Shown here: one piece after another, positions 48,777 to 59,575 of the stretch
How the letters are laid out: each line of letters opens with the position of its first letter
How positions within the stretch are numbered: the first letter of the stretch is position 1
Source of the DNA: Clostridia bacterium
GTDB taxonomy: Bacteria; Bacillota; Clostridia; CAKSNL01; HGM11501
DNA length: 64,000 bases
Assembly: GCA_045123995.1 (NCBI GenBank)
Contig: JBGVKY010000026.1
Span: 7,428-71,427 of the forward strand
Direction of reading: 5' to 3'
Position numbers and translations under genes: made by a program
Notes under the pieces: model-generated
Databases searched by the model: none
What the model was told of the DNA's origin: nothing
Seen by the model: the letters and a program-made list of their open reading frames with translations, nothing else

Positions 48777-48888
48777 AAAACACCTCATAACTTTCGAATT
48801 ATATTAAGTATATTATAATATGTATTTGATTATAACATAGGTTTTATGTATAATCAATAAGGATTTTTTAAAAAGTGAGGTAAAAATA

Positions 48889-50268
48889 ATGGGAGAATTC
48901 AGAAAAGAATATGATTCATTGGGCGGAAAAGAAGTGCCTGCAGAGGCATATTATGGTGTGCAGTCTTTAAGAGCTGCGGAAAATTTCAGAATAACAGGAA
49001 CCATAGTTCATTCTGAAATTATTAAAAGTATTGTGGAAATTAAAAAGGCTGCGGCGATTACAAATAAAGAAGTCGGAGTACTTGAAGAAAAAGTAGCCAA
49101 CGCTATTGTTAAGGCCTGTGATGAGATTTTGGAAGGAAAGCTTTTGGATAATTTCATCGTGGATGCCATTCAGGGAGGAGCGGGAACTTCTCTCAATATG
49201 AATGCCAATGAAGTAATAGCAAACAGAGCTATAGAAATACTGGGCGGTATAAAAGGAGACTATCTGGTGGTTCATCCTAACGACCATGTAAATTGCGGAC
49301 AGTCCACAAACGACGTATTTCCCAGCGCAGGAAAGATTGCTATGATAAGACTTCTTGAAAAAGTTATGGTTGAACTGGACGGTCTTTATGAAGCCCTTAT
49401 GGAAAACGCCAATAAGTTTGAGAAGATTATAAAAATGGGAAGAACAGAAATGCAGGACGCTGTGCCTATCAGCTTCAGTCAGGTTTTTGGTGCCTGGGCT
49501 TCTGCTATAAAGAGAGATAAGAAGAGATTTCTCAAGGGAGTAGAGGCAATGTCTGAACTTAATATGGGAGGAACTGCGGTTGGTACAGGAATAAATGCCG
49601 ACCCCGAGTACATAAAAAATATTGTTCCTAATATATCCAAGGTAACAGGTCTTGAACTTACTCAAGCGGAGGACTTGGTCGATGCCACTCAAAATCTCGA
49701 CGAGTTTGTGTATGTGTCAGGAATTATTAAATCTCTGGCTGTGACATTATCCAAAATATCTAACGACTTAAGACTTATGTCTTCAGGTCCCAGAACTGGA
49801 TTCGGAGAAGTAAATCTTGCTCCCAAGCAAAACGGTTCATCCATTATGCCCGGCAAGGTAAATCCCGTTATCCCTGAAATGATGAGTCAGATTTGCTTTA
49901 ATATCATAGGAAATGACAGTACAGTTGCATATGCAGCGGAGGCAGGACAGCTTGAACTTAATGCTTTTGAGCCCATTATATTCCGTTGTATGTTTGAATC
50001 TTTAGATACTTTGTGTAACGGTATCAATATATTCACCAAAGATTGTATAAAAAATTTGACAATAAACACAGAAAAATGCAAGTACAATCTTGACAGATGT
50101 ATCGGTATAGTCACAGCACTTTGCCCTCATATAGGTTATACAAACGCAGCCCGTCTTGCCAAAAAAGCATTAAAGGAAAACAGAAACATAAGAGATATTG
50201 TAATTCAGGAAAACATAATGCCTATTGATCAGCTTGACGAAATATTGGACCCTAAAAATATGATATAA
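48889..50268 (+). CDS. aspA: Aspartate ammonia-lyase
   Basis: QGGAGTSLNMNANEV, HPNDHVN, GSSIMPGKVNP. Confidence 0.92.
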   Translation: MGEFRKEYDSLGGKEVPAEAYYGVQSLRAAENFRITGTIVHSEIIKSIVEIKKAAAITNKEVGVLEEKVANAIVKACDEILEGKLLDNFIVDAIQGGAGTSLNMNANEVIANRAIEILGGIKGDYLVVHPNDHVNCGQSTNDVFPSAGKIAMIRLLEKVMVELDGLYEALMENANKFEKIIKMGRTEMQDAVPISFSQVFGAWASAIKRDKKRFLKGVEAMSELNMGGTAVGTGINADPEYIKNIVPNISKVTGLELTQAEDLVDATQNLDEFVYVSGIIKSLAVTLSKISNDLRLMSSGPRTGFGEVNLAPKQNGSSIMPGKVNPVIPEMMSQICFNIIGNDSTVAYAAEAGQLELNAFEPIIFRCMFESLDTLCNGINIFTKDCIKNLTINTEKCKYNLDRCIGIVTALCPHIGYTNAARLAKKALKENRNIRDIVIQENIMPIDQLDEILDPKNMI

Positions 50269-50370
50269 GTAATAAAAGCAGCTAAAAAGCTGCTTTTATT
50301 GTTTTTCACTTGAAAAAAAGAGAAAGCCATGATAGAATACTTATATTAAAACAAAGGGAGGTTCTTAAAG

Positions 50371-51908
50371 GTGAATAAAATACTACAGGCTAAAATATTG
50401 GAATCTCTTTCTGCGGTTTTACCAATAACCGGCATAGTACTCATTTTAAGCATTTTTTAGTTCCCTTGGATATCGGTACCTTTGCCATGTTCATTGTGGG
50501 TGCGGTTTTACTGATAGCCGGAATGGGAATGTTCCAGCTGGGTGCAGAAACAGCCATGACTCCTATAGGAGAGGGCATTGGTGTAAGTGTTGCAAAATCA
50601 AAAAGCTTTTGTGCAGTAATCATGGTAGGTCTTCTGATGGGTGTTATAATCACCATTGCAGAACCGGACCTGCAGGTTTTGTCAAATCAGGTTCCTGCAA
50701 TTCCGAATGTGGTTATTATTTTGACCGTAGCATTAGGTGTGGGAATTTTTCTTGCTCTTGCAATTGCAAGAATTATATTTAAGATAGAATTATCCTCGCT
50801 TTTGATGATCTTATATATCGTTGTTTTAATGGTTTCTTTTTTCGTACCAAAAGAATTTCTTGCGGTGGCCTTTGATTCAGGCGGAGTTACCACAGGCCCC
50901 ATAACAGTTCCTTTCATAATGGCACTGGGTGTCGGAATTTCTTTCGTAAGAAGTGATAAAGAAGCGGCAAGCGACAGCTTTGGTCTTGTTGCCTTATCAA
51001 GCGTCGGTCCCATCCTTGCAGTAATGCTTCTGGGACTTTTCTACACTCCCGATAAAGCAAGCTATGCTGCAACGGAAATTTTTAAAGTCAACACTATGAG
51101 GGATATAGCAAAAGCCTTTGCTTATGAGCTTCCTGCTTATATCAGCGAAGTTTTTGCGGCAATGCTTCCTATATTTCTTATGTACGTTGTTTTTCAGCTC
51201 ATAAGCAGACGTTATCATCCGAGAGAAAAAATAAGAATTATAGTAGGTTTTATATATACATATATAGGTCTTGTGCTTTTCCTTTGCGGTGTGAACGTGG
51301 GATTTGCTCCGGTGGGCTCTATATTGGGAGCCTCCATAGCGGGAGACTATAAATGGTTTCTGATACCTATAGGGATGCTTATAGGCTATTATATAGTAAA
51401 GGCAGAGCCTGCTATACAGATATTAAACCGTCAGGTGCAGACTGTTACAGACGGAACAATATCGGCAAAATCCATGAACAGGGCTTTGTCAATCGGTGTT
51501 TCGGTAAGTATCGGGCTTGCGATGCTCAAGATTATTCTGGGTATTCCCATAACATATATTGTTATTCCGGGATATATTCTGGCATTGATAATGTCTAAAT
51601 TTGTGCCTAAGATTTTTGTGGGTATAGCTTTTGACTCCGGCGGTGTTGCCAGCGGGCCTATGACATCAACATTTCTTTTGCCCTTATGTATAGGTGCATG
51701 CGAAAAACTAAAAGGAAATATTATGACGGATGCTTTCGGTGCGGTGGCTTTGGTTGCTTTAACTCCGCTTATTGCAATTCAACTCATGGGCTTGGTTTAC
51801 AAGTTCAGAATGGATAAGATAGAAAAGACTGCACCCACAAGCATTATACTTGATGACAGCGATGAAATTGTTGAATTCGAGGAGGATTTTACAGATGATG
51901 CAGAGTGA
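50371..51908 (+). CDS. DUF1538 tandem-domain membrane protein with an apparent 1-nt frameshift near codon 29
   Basis: GGGAGG RBS then GTG 50371 MNKILQAKILESLSAVLPI.. stops at TAG 50458-50460; the remainder continues in another frame with two AEP..AFDSGGV..GP repeats. Confidence 0.8.
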
Positions 51909-52602
51909 TAGAAATAATCAGGCATTTAGAATATTACTGCTTATAACAGACACAAAGCTTACAGAAAAAGCGGAAAAGCTATTTAAACGCGAAGAGCTTC
52001 CGATTCATTATAAAATAAATGCCATGGGAACGGCATCCAGTGAAATGATGGATATTTTAGGACTTGGAACGCCTGAAAAAAGCTTCTTTATAAGCATAAT
52101 GACAAAAAAATTGGCAGATAAAATGATAAGAAAAGCACATAATGAACTTAAATTCAATATTCCGGGAAACGGAATAGGTTTTACACTTTTTATGACGGGG
52201 GCAAACAGTCATATATTCAAAATGCTCTGTGAAATTGAAGGAAAAGATTCTGACTTAGCCGAAAGAAAGGATGATAGACTTATGTCCGAAATTAAAAGAA
52301 CACTGATAATTGCCGTAGTAAATCACGGTTACAGCGAAGAAGTTATGAATTCTGCTAAAGAAAAAGGAGCGACCGGAGGAACAGTGATTCACGGAAAACA
52401 TATAGGAGATGAAGAAGCTTCGGCGCTTTGGGGACTTAGCATAAAGGAAGAAAAGGACCTGGTTTTAATTGTGGCAGACTTTGATAAAAAGCTTGATATT
52501 ATGAAAGCAATCGGTGAAAGTTGCGGAATTCACACAGAGGCAAAAGGCATAATTGTTTCCACACCCATTGATGCGGTGGTAGGACTTGATAATACACTTT
52601 AA
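51895..52602 (+). CDS. Tandem P-II-like protein
   Basis: GTASSEMMDILGLG..PGNGIGF domain followed by GYSEEVM..GATGGTVIHG..GIIVSTP domain; GAGGAGG RBS; next to DUF1538. Confidence 0.8.
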   Translation: MMQSDRNNQAFRILLLITDTKLTEKAEKLFKREELPIHYKINAMGTASSEMMDILGLGTPEKSFFISIMTKKLADKMIRKAHNELKFNIPGNGIGFTLFMTGANSHIFKMLCEIEGKDSDLAERKDDRLMSEIKRTLIIAVVNHGYSEEVMNSAKEKGATGGTVIHGKHIGDEEASALWGLSIKEEKDLVLIVADFDKKLDIMKAIGESCGIHTEAKGIIVSTPIDAVVGLDNTL

Positions 52603-52637
52603 TAAAAAATAACGGCATCATAAGATGCCGTTATTTT

Positions 52638-53939
52638 TTATTGTGCTCCTGCAGGCTTATCCTCCTGCAGTTTTACATCCATTGTTTTTTCTTTGCCCTC
52701 GCGGTTAACTGTGAGTTTTATTGTGTCGCCTGCCTTGAATGTGTTTCTTTTGCTTATAAATTCTGAAGCTGAGGTAACCTTTTCGCCGTTAAAGGCTATA
52801 ATGATGTCGCCAACTTCTAAGCCGGCAAGAGCAGCACTTCCTCCTTCTATGACATCGTTTACAAAAAGGCCGTAATTTACCGGGAGGTTGTAGTAATATG
52901 CAATCTGTGTGCTGATTTCAACAATGCTTATGCCGATAGAAGGTCTTCCGTGAACATAACCATCTTTTATAAGGTCTTCTATAATATCTTTTACATCGTC
53001 AATGGGAATAGCGAAACCAAGACCTTCAACACCGTCGGATGAAATTTTAACTGAATTTATGCCGATTACTTCGCCGGCTGTATTAACCAGAGCTCCGCCT
53101 GAATTACCTGAATTTATAGCAGCATCTGTCTGGATGAGATTATAAGTTGTGCCTTCAATGGTAAGTTTTCTGTTAAGGGCGCTTATTATACCGTGAGTAA
53201 CACTGCCTGCGAGCTGAAGACCCAGAGGATTTCCGATAGCAAGCACTGTGTCGCCAACCTGGAGGGAAGATGAATGACCGATTGTTGCTGCCTTTAAGTC
53301 AAGACCCGACGGGTCAATCTTGATTATTGCCATATCCGTTGCAGGGTCGCTTCCGATAAGTTTGGCATCTGCTTCGTCACCTGATGCAAGTGTGACTTTA
53401 AGCTTATTTGCATTGGAAATAACATGGTTGTTGGTAACAATATAGCCGTCTTGGCTGATTATTATACCTGAACCGACTGACTGCAGAGTGTTGATGTTAA
53501 GGAAACTATTGGGGGAGTAGCTCATATTGGAGATTCCTACTATAGAGGGACTTACTAAAGCTGCAATCTGCTGATTTGAAAGATTGTTTTGTTCAGAAAG
53601 TGTGGGAGCTGCTCCGGGGACATCCAGGGCAGGAGGGGCATAAACGCCGTTATTAACTTCCTTTAAAATTTCTTCCTTTATGGAATCTTTTGATAAATAA
53701 ACTCCTCCGGAGAAAATAACTGCGGTTATGAAAGATGCTAAAAGAGCGATTGCAATGGGTCTTTCTGAGAGTTTTTTTCTTACTTTTTTAGGCTTTTTGA
53801 CAGTCTCTTTATAAATAGCCTGATTTTCTTCAGGAAGAATTTCGCTTTCCTCTACTTCTGTATATGAAACATCCTGAATAACATCCTCTTTATCCTTATT
53901 GTTTTTGGAATTCAACTCTTCAAAAAAATCATTATTCAT
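52638..53939 (-). CDS. htrA: HtrA-family serine protease
   Basis: GSGII, VTNNHV, QTDAAINSGNSGG, C-terminal PDZ, single TM. Confidence 0.92.
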   Translation of the reverse strand: MNNDFFEELNSKNNKDKEDVIQDVSYTEVEESEILPEENQAIYKETVKKPKKVRKKLSERPIAIALLASFITAVIFSGGVYLSKDSIKEEILKEVNNGVYAPPALDVPGAAPTLSEQNNLSNQQIAALVSPSIVGISNMSYSPNSFLNINTLQSVGSGIIISQDGYIVTNNHVISNANKLKVTLASGDEADAKLIGSDPATDMAIIKIDPSGLDLKAATIGHSSSLQVGDTVLAIGNPLGLQLAGSVTHGIISALNRKLTIEGTTYNLIQTDAAINSGNSGGALVNTAGEVIGINSVKISSDGVEGLGFAIPIDDVKDIIEDLIKDGYVHGRPSIGISIVEISTQIAYYYNLPVNYGLFVNDVIEGGSAALAGLEVGDIIIAFNGEKVTSASEFISKRNTFKAGDTIKLTVNREGKEKTMDVKLQEDKPAGAQ

Positions 53940-54014
53940 GTTAAAACTCCTTTCGTTAGTTCCATGATAGCATATGTTTTTTAATATTATATGAATAAAG
54001 TGTAAAAAATACTT

Positions 54015-55625
54015 TTATTTGTGTGAAATACCTTTCTGGAGCTTCAGGGTAAAGGTAAAACGTGTAAATTCGCCCACTTTACTTTCGACATTGATACTCT
54101 CGCCGTGGAGAGACAATATATTTTTTACAAGATAAAGTCCGAGGCCTATACCTTTTTTATCCAGGCTTCTGGATTTATCTGTTTTGTAAAACTTATCGAA
54201 AATGTGCTTTAAGTCACGGGTTTCTATTCCTTCTCCGCTATTTTCTACGGAGATGTATGCTTTGCCGGAATAGTTTTTAACCGATACTTTTATATATCCT
54301 CCGTTATTTGCAAATTTAATGGAATTATCAATGAGGTTTACAAAAACTCTTGTTATAGAATCTTTGTCACAAAGGCAGATGCATTCATCTGTTTCGAATT
54401 CAACGGATACATCTAAATTCTTATCTGCAATTAAATCCTGTGATTTTATAATTTGTCTTCTTATACACTCGTTGATATCAAAAGGTTCCGATTCAAGCTT
54501 CATATTACCATTTTCAAAACGGGAAATATCTATGAGCTCTGTAGTAAGTTTTGAAAGCCTTCTGGCTTCAGACAAACAAATATCAAGATATTCTGATGCT
54601 TTTTCTTCGGGAATTGTACCGTCTAAAATGCTGTCTATAAAGCCTATAATTGAAGTCATTGGAGTTCTGAGCTCATGGGCTATACTTGCAGTAAACACTC
54701 TTTGATTTTCCTCTGAATTTTCTATAGATTCAGCCATATCGTTAAAGGTTTTTATAAGCTCGTGGATTTCGCCGATTTTATCATCCTCTGATACCCTCTG
54801 GGAAAAATCTCCCGAAGCAAGCTTAAGGGCAGCTGAGTTCATGGCTTTAAGAGGTCTGGAAATTCTGTAAGAAAGGGCATAGGAGAGTATAACCGATATA
54901 AAAAGGGAAATAGCTGCCGCTAAAATGAAATTTGAAGCTACAACGTTCAATAGGAATTTTATCTGAGGTGTAGGAATGAAAAGCACCAACATGGAAGAGA
55001 TTTCATTATTTTCGTAAAGGGGTTTCATAACGGTAAGAGAAGAGGTCTTAAACATTTTATCCATATCTCCCCAGGAAACAAAAAAATCTTCACCGCTGTA
55101 CGAAACCTTCGAGACGGACTGAGGGAAATTTCCTTTAAGCATATCCCCGAAAGATAATGGTGCGTTAAGATATTCTTCCAGCCTGCCGGTGAATTTGTCC
55201 TCCTTGGATAAAATAAGGCCGGGATTAAAACTTTCAATGTCAGCGTACCTGAAAATGATTTTTCCTTCGGGAGAAATCTGCATAAGAGAAAAGTCAGTAC
55301 TTGATGCGATAAGCGCCAATGTGTTTCTGTAGTTATGTTCAATCTGTCCCACAAGACGACTGTAATTATAGTGAACAGAAGGATTTTCTCTTTGCATATA
55401 AGAAAGTTCGTCGTATAGTTCCTCGGTACGTTTGGAAAGATCTAAAACTCTTGAAGAAGCTGTTAGAATAGAAGATACGTGCTCTGCCTTTAAGTAGGAG
55501 TTTATTCTTGAATAGCAGATAGCTGACATCAAAATGAAAGCAATTAAAATAATCGCGAGATTGATTGAGAAAATACGCAGAAACAGACTCTTTCTTTTTC
55601 TCTTTATATTTTTTTCATTTTTCAT
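54015..55625 (-). CDS. HAMP-domain sensor histidine kinase
   Basis: Two TM segments, HAMP, AHELRTP, NLIDNSIKF, GIGLGL. Confidence 0.93.
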   Translation of the reverse strand: MKNEKNIKRKRKSLFLRIFSINLAIILIAFILMSAICYSRINSYLKAEHVSSILTASSRVLDLSKRTEELYDELSYMQRENPSVHYNYSRLVGQIEHNYRNTLALIASSTDFSLMQISPEGKIIFRYADIESFNPGLILSKEDKFTGRLEEYLNAPLSFGDMLKGNFPQSVSKVSYSGEDFFVSWGDMDKMFKTSSLTVMKPLYENNEISSMLVLFIPTPQIKFLLNVVASNFILAAAISLFISVILSYALSYRISRPLKAMNSAALKLASGDFSQRVSEDDKIGEIHELIKTFNDMAESIENSEENQRVFTASIAHELRTPMTSIIGFIDSILDGTIPEEKASEYLDICLSEARRLSKLTTELIDISRFENGNMKLESEPFDINECIRRQIIKSQDLIADKNLDVSVEFETDECICLCDKDSITRVFVNLIDNSIKFANNGGYIKVSVKNYSGKAYISVENSGEGIETRDLKHIFDKFYKTDKSRSLDKKGIGLGLYLVKNILSLHGESINVESKVGEFTRFTFTLKLQKGISHK

Positions 55626-56319
55626 TTTTATAAACCTCGAAAATATATCCTACACAGTGTTTGGTTTTAAGCATCCAGTATTCATCGTGAGAGGAACCTA
55701 ATTTTTCACGGAGTCGTTTGACGTGAACATCTATGGTTCTGGATTCTCCGCCGTATTCAAAGCCCCACACCTTTTCGAGCAGCTGTTCACGGGTAAAAAC
55801 TATGTTTTTATTGGAGGCTAAAAAGTACAAAAGTTCAAGCTCTCTGGCAGGAGTATCGATTGAAATTCCGTCAACCTTAAGTTCATAATTGGCAATATTG
55901 ATTGAAAGACCGTAAAAGTTGAGGATTTCTTCCTTGGACTTTGCATCTTCTTTATTGCTACGCCTTAAAACGGCTTTAATTCTTGCTAAAAGTTCTTTTG
56001 TTTCAAAAGGCTTAACGATATAGTCATCGGCACCTAATTCCAGACCCAAAACCTTATCAAAGGTGTCGCTTTTAGCCGTAAGCATGATAATCGGGATACT
56101 GCTTTCCTTTCTTATTTCCTTACAAACCTCGATGCCGTCAATTTTGGGAAGCATAAGATCAAGTATTATAAGACAGGGTTCTTCCGTGCGGAACTTCTTT
56201 ATTGCATCCTCACCGTCATAGGATATTGCCACATCAAACCCCTCTTTTGCAAGATGAAGTCTTATAAGCTCACAGATATTGGCATCATCATCAACTATAA
56301 GTATTTTGTTCTTATCCAT
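55615..56319 (-). CDS. OmpR-family response regulator
   Basis: ILIVDDD, LDLMLP, GADDYIVKPF, RTIDVHVKRLR. Confidence 0.95.
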   Translation of the reverse strand: MDKNKILIVDDDANICELIRLHLAKEGFDVAISYDGEDAIKKFRTEEPCLIILDLMLPKIDGIEVCKEIRKESSIPIIMLTAKSDTFDKVLGLELGADDYIVKPFETKELLARIKAVLRRSNKEDAKSKEEILNFYGLSINIANYELKVDGISIDTPARELELLYFLASNKNIVFTREQLLEKVWGFEYGGESRTIDVHVKRLREKLGSSHDEYWMLKTKHCVGYIFEVYKNEK

Positions 56320-56534
56320 AAAAGCACCTCTTTTTAAAGAATTACTTTTTCTGTAACTTATTATAACACAGCTTCCCTGAAAAGGAAATCAAAAAAACAG
56401 CTTTTTACAAAAAATTTACATACTCCCGTAAAAACAGGTGTAAATATGGTTTACAAACGGATGTATATGTGCTATACTTAAAAAGATAAATTGCCGGTAT
56501 TTTAATTAGGCAAAAGGAAAGGAATTGATTACAA

Positions 56535-57629
56535 ATGAAAATGGGTATAGTGGGGCTTCCAAATGTAGGAAAGAGCACACTTTTTAATGCTATAACAAAG
56601 GCTGGGGCGGAGTCTGCAAACTATCCCTTCTGCACAATAGAGCCTAACGTGGGAGTTGTGGGTGTTCCCGATTACAGAATGGACGTGCTCTCAGAAATGT
56701 ATAATCCTGAAAAATATACTCAGGCGGTTGTTGAATTTGTTGACATTGCAGGACTTGTAAAGGGTGCATCAAAAGGAGAAGGTCTGGGAAATAAATTCCT
56801 TTCTCATATTCGCGAGGTGGATGCCATTATCCACGTTGTAAGATGCTTTGAAGACCCTGACGTTGTTCACGTTGACGGATCTGTTGACCCTATGAGAGAT
56901 ATTGAAACCATAAACTATGAGCTTATCTTTGCCGATATCGAAACTGTTGATAAACGAATTGAAAAGGCAACAAAGATGCTTAAAGGCGATAAAAAATATC
57001 AGGAAGAAATAGATGTACTTAATAAAATAAAGGAAGTTTTAGAGTCTGGTAAGCCTGCAAGAAGCACCGAATTGACTGAAGGAGAAGAATCACTGATAAG
57101 AGATATGTCCCTTCTTACCGCAAAGCCTGTGCTCTATGCGGCAAACGTTGCAGAAGACGAGCTTTCAAGCGAAGGTAAGGGAAACATATACCTTGAAAGA
57201 CTTATGGAGATTGCCGAAAAGGAGGGAAGCGAGGTACTTCCCGTATCTGCCAAGATAGAAGAAGAAATAAGCCAGCTTGAGGCGGACGAAAAGGATATGT
57301 TTTTAGAAGAACTGGGAATAACCGAATCGGGACTTGACAGACTTGTTAAAAAAAGCTATAAGCTTTTAGGACTTATAAGCTATCTTACAGCAGGACCCAA
57401 GGAAGTAAGAGCCTGGACCATTAAAAGAGGCACAAAGGCACCTCAGGCAGCAGGTAAAATTCACTCTGATTTTGAAAGAGGCTTTATAAGAGCGGAGGTT
57501 GTTGCATTTAAAGACCTTGAAGAGTGTAAGACCATGACGGCAGCTAAGGAAAAGGGACTGGTCAGAAGCGAAGGAAAAGAATATGTTATGCAGGACGGAG
57601 ATGTTGTGGTGTTCCGTTTCAATGTGTGA
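56535..57629 (+). CDS. ychF: Ribosome-binding ATPase YchF
   Basis: GLPNVGKST, NYPFCTIEPN, DIAGLVKGAS, C-terminal TGS. Confidence 0.97.
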   Translation: MKMGIVGLPNVGKSTLFNAITKAGAESANYPFCTIEPNVGVVGVPDYRMDVLSEMYNPEKYTQAVVEFVDIAGLVKGASKGEGLGNKFLSHIREVDAIIHVVRCFEDPDVVHVDGSVDPMRDIETINYELIFADIETVDKRIEKATKMLKGDKKYQEEIDVLNKIKEVLESGKPARSTELTEGEESLIRDMSLLTAKPVLYAANVAEDELSSEGKGNIYLERLMEIAEKEGSEVLPVSAKIEEEISQLEADEKDMFLEELGITESGLDRLVKKSYKLLGLISYLTAGPKEVRAWTIKRGTKAPQAAGKIHSDFERGFIRAEVVAFKDLEECKTMTAAKEKGLVRSEGKEYVMQDGDVVVFRFNV

Positions 57630-58309
57630 TGAAGTATAAAAATATAAAAGAAGGTATTTTCAAAGAGCGCCCCAACCGTTTTATTGCTTATGTGGAAATA
57701 GACGGAAAAATCGAGGTCTGTCACGTTAAAAATACCGGAAGGTGTAAAGAACTTTTAATACCCGGCACAAAGGTTTATCTTGAAAAGAGTGATAATCCCA
57801 AAAGAAAAACCTTATATGACCTGGTTTCGGTAAAAAAAGGAAAAGAGCTTTTTAATATAGATTCCCAGGCTCCAAATAATGTGGTTTGCGAGTGGCTTAA
57901 TAAAAAAATACTTTTTCCTGATATGACTTTTATAAAAAGCGAATGTTTTTATAAAAAATCCCGTTTTGATTTTTATTTAGAAACACCAAAGGAAAAATGC
58001 TTTGTCGAAGTAAAAGGTGTAACCTTGGAAAAGGAAGGAGTTTTCAGCTTTCCTGATGCTCCTACAGAGAGAGGAACCCGTCACCTTTATGAACTTTGCG
58101 AATGCGTTAAAGATGGATTTTCGGCTTATGTAATATTTTTGGTACAGTCAGAGGCGGTAAGTTATATGACGGCCAACCGTGAAAATGACGAAAAGTTTTA
58201 TAACGCTTTACTCACTGCAAAACAAAGCGGAGTTAATATAATTTGCCTTAATTCTTCGGTGAAGATAGACTCAATAACGGCAAAAGATTTTGTGCCGGTA
58301 ATTATATAA
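57626..58309 (+). CDS. sfsA: SfsA-family nuclease/DNA-binding protein
   Basis: RPNRF, HVKNTGRCKEL, SRFDF, EVKGVTL, FPDAPTERG. Confidence 0.93.
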   Translation: MMKYKNIKEGIFKERPNRFIAYVEIDGKIEVCHVKNTGRCKELLIPGTKVYLEKSDNPKRKTLYDLVSVKKGKELFNIDSQAPNNVVCEWLNKKILFPDMTFIKSECFYKKSRFDFYLETPKEKCFVEVKGVTLEKEGVFSFPDAPTERGTRHLYELCECVKDGFSAYVIFLVQSEAVSYMTANRENDEKFYNALLTAKQSGVNIICLNSSVKIDSITAKDFVPVII

Positions 58310-58323
58310 AAAGGAGAAAATAT

Positions 58324-59550
58324 ATGAAAGTTTTAAAAAGAACAATAGCTCTGTTTTTCGCTTTGCTTTTCTTATTTAACTTAACTTCAGCAAAGACATT
58401 GGAGATTACCGCGAATTTTGATGAAATACTTGTTAAAGATGGAGAAAAGGTAGGCAATATTAAATTAGATGTGGCTCCCTACATAAACGAAAAAGGAAGA
58501 ACCATGGTTTCTATAGATTTCTTCACGGAAAATCTCGGAATAAAAGGCGAGTGGAATAAAGATACAAACGAAGCAGCATTTTCTTCGGAAGACAAAACGG
58601 TTGTATTAAGTAAAGAAAGTGTAAAAGTTAATGGCGAAACCGCGTCAACTGATTCTCTTATAGAGGTAAAAGACGGAAATGTATTTGTTCCTTTGAGATT
58701 TTTGGGAGAAGCATTTGGTTATAACTTGGGTTATTCTACGGTAACAAAGAAAATAATTTTAGATAGCTCTGAGGCAGTATTGAAATCCGGAAATACCGTT
58801 ATGAATTACACGGAATTCGAAGCGCTTTTTGATATTTTCTATGGTTTTGCTTATGATGATGCGGTTAAAAGCGGAGCAAGCGAAGAGGAAATTAAATTCT
58901 ATGCATATCAGGCGGCAGCGGAAACGGCTATTTCTTTTGTAGTTATGTATAATGCATTTCCCGGAATTTCCTTAGATGCAGAAGACATAGATTTTATAAA
59001 AGGAGCAATTGAAGCAGACGGTAAAGTGATTGATTATCCGCTCCCGGGCATTTTTGCTCTTATACAGGAAAAGTATTATTTCGCAAAAGGAACTCCTATT
59101 CTCAAAAGCTTGAAAAATTCACCTGAGCTTCAGAAAAATTACGTCGAAAACTATATTTGCGCAAAGCATATATTGGTAGAAGATGTGGAGTTGGCAAAAG
59201 TAATTATTGAAAAAATCAAAAACGGAGAAGATTTTGATGCACTCATAAAGGAATATGGTAAAGACCCCGGAGCCGAAAATTATCCTGAAGGGTATATTTT
59301 CGCCAAGGGAGAAATGGTAGAGGAATTTGAAAAAGCCGCTTTTTCTTTGAAAGAAGGAGAAGTGAGCTCAGTTGTTGAAAGTCCCTACGGATACCATATA
59401 ATTAAAAGAGAGACTCTTCCTGAAATGCCTGAATATATTAAAGATTTAATGGTACAAAATAAAGCAAATGAAATTTTGGCAAAAGCCGAAAAGGCAACAC
59501 TTTTGATGGAAGAAAATATCCTTGCTCAAAAGCTGGGATTAACTGAATAA
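58324..59550 (+). CDS. Secreted protein with copper-amine-oxidase N-terminal-like domain and parvulin PPIase
   Basis: Signal peptide; APYINEKGRTMV..FVPLRFLGE; AKHILV..GEMVEEFE..SPYGYHII. Confidence 0.85.
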   Translation: MKVLKRTIALFFALLFLFNLTSAKTLEITANFDEILVKDGEKVGNIKLDVAPYINEKGRTMVSIDFFTENLGIKGEWNKDTNEAAFSSEDKTVVLSKESVKVNGETASTDSLIEVKDGNVFVPLRFLGEAFGYNLGYSTVTKKIILDSSEAVLKSGNTVMNYTEFEALFDIFYGFAYDDAVKSGASEEEIKFYAYQAAAETAISFVVMYNAFPGISLDAEDIDFIKGAIEADGKVIDYPLPGIFALIQEKYYFAKGTPILKSLKNSPELQKNYVENYICAKHILVEDVELAKVIIEKIKNGEDFDALIKEYGKDPGAENYPEGYIFAKGEMVEEFEKAAFSLKEGEVSSVVESPYGYHIIKRETLPEMPEYIKDLMVQNKANEILAKAEKATLLMEENILAQKLGLTE

Positions 59551-59575
59551 AAAAATAAAGCTGTCAAAGACAGCT

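Noticed and set aside
48967-49692. 241-aa minus-strand ORF and the many other opposite-strand or nested ORFs in the track
   Set aside because: They lie inside well-supported genes (here aspA) and show no recognisable motifs; treated as shadow ORFs
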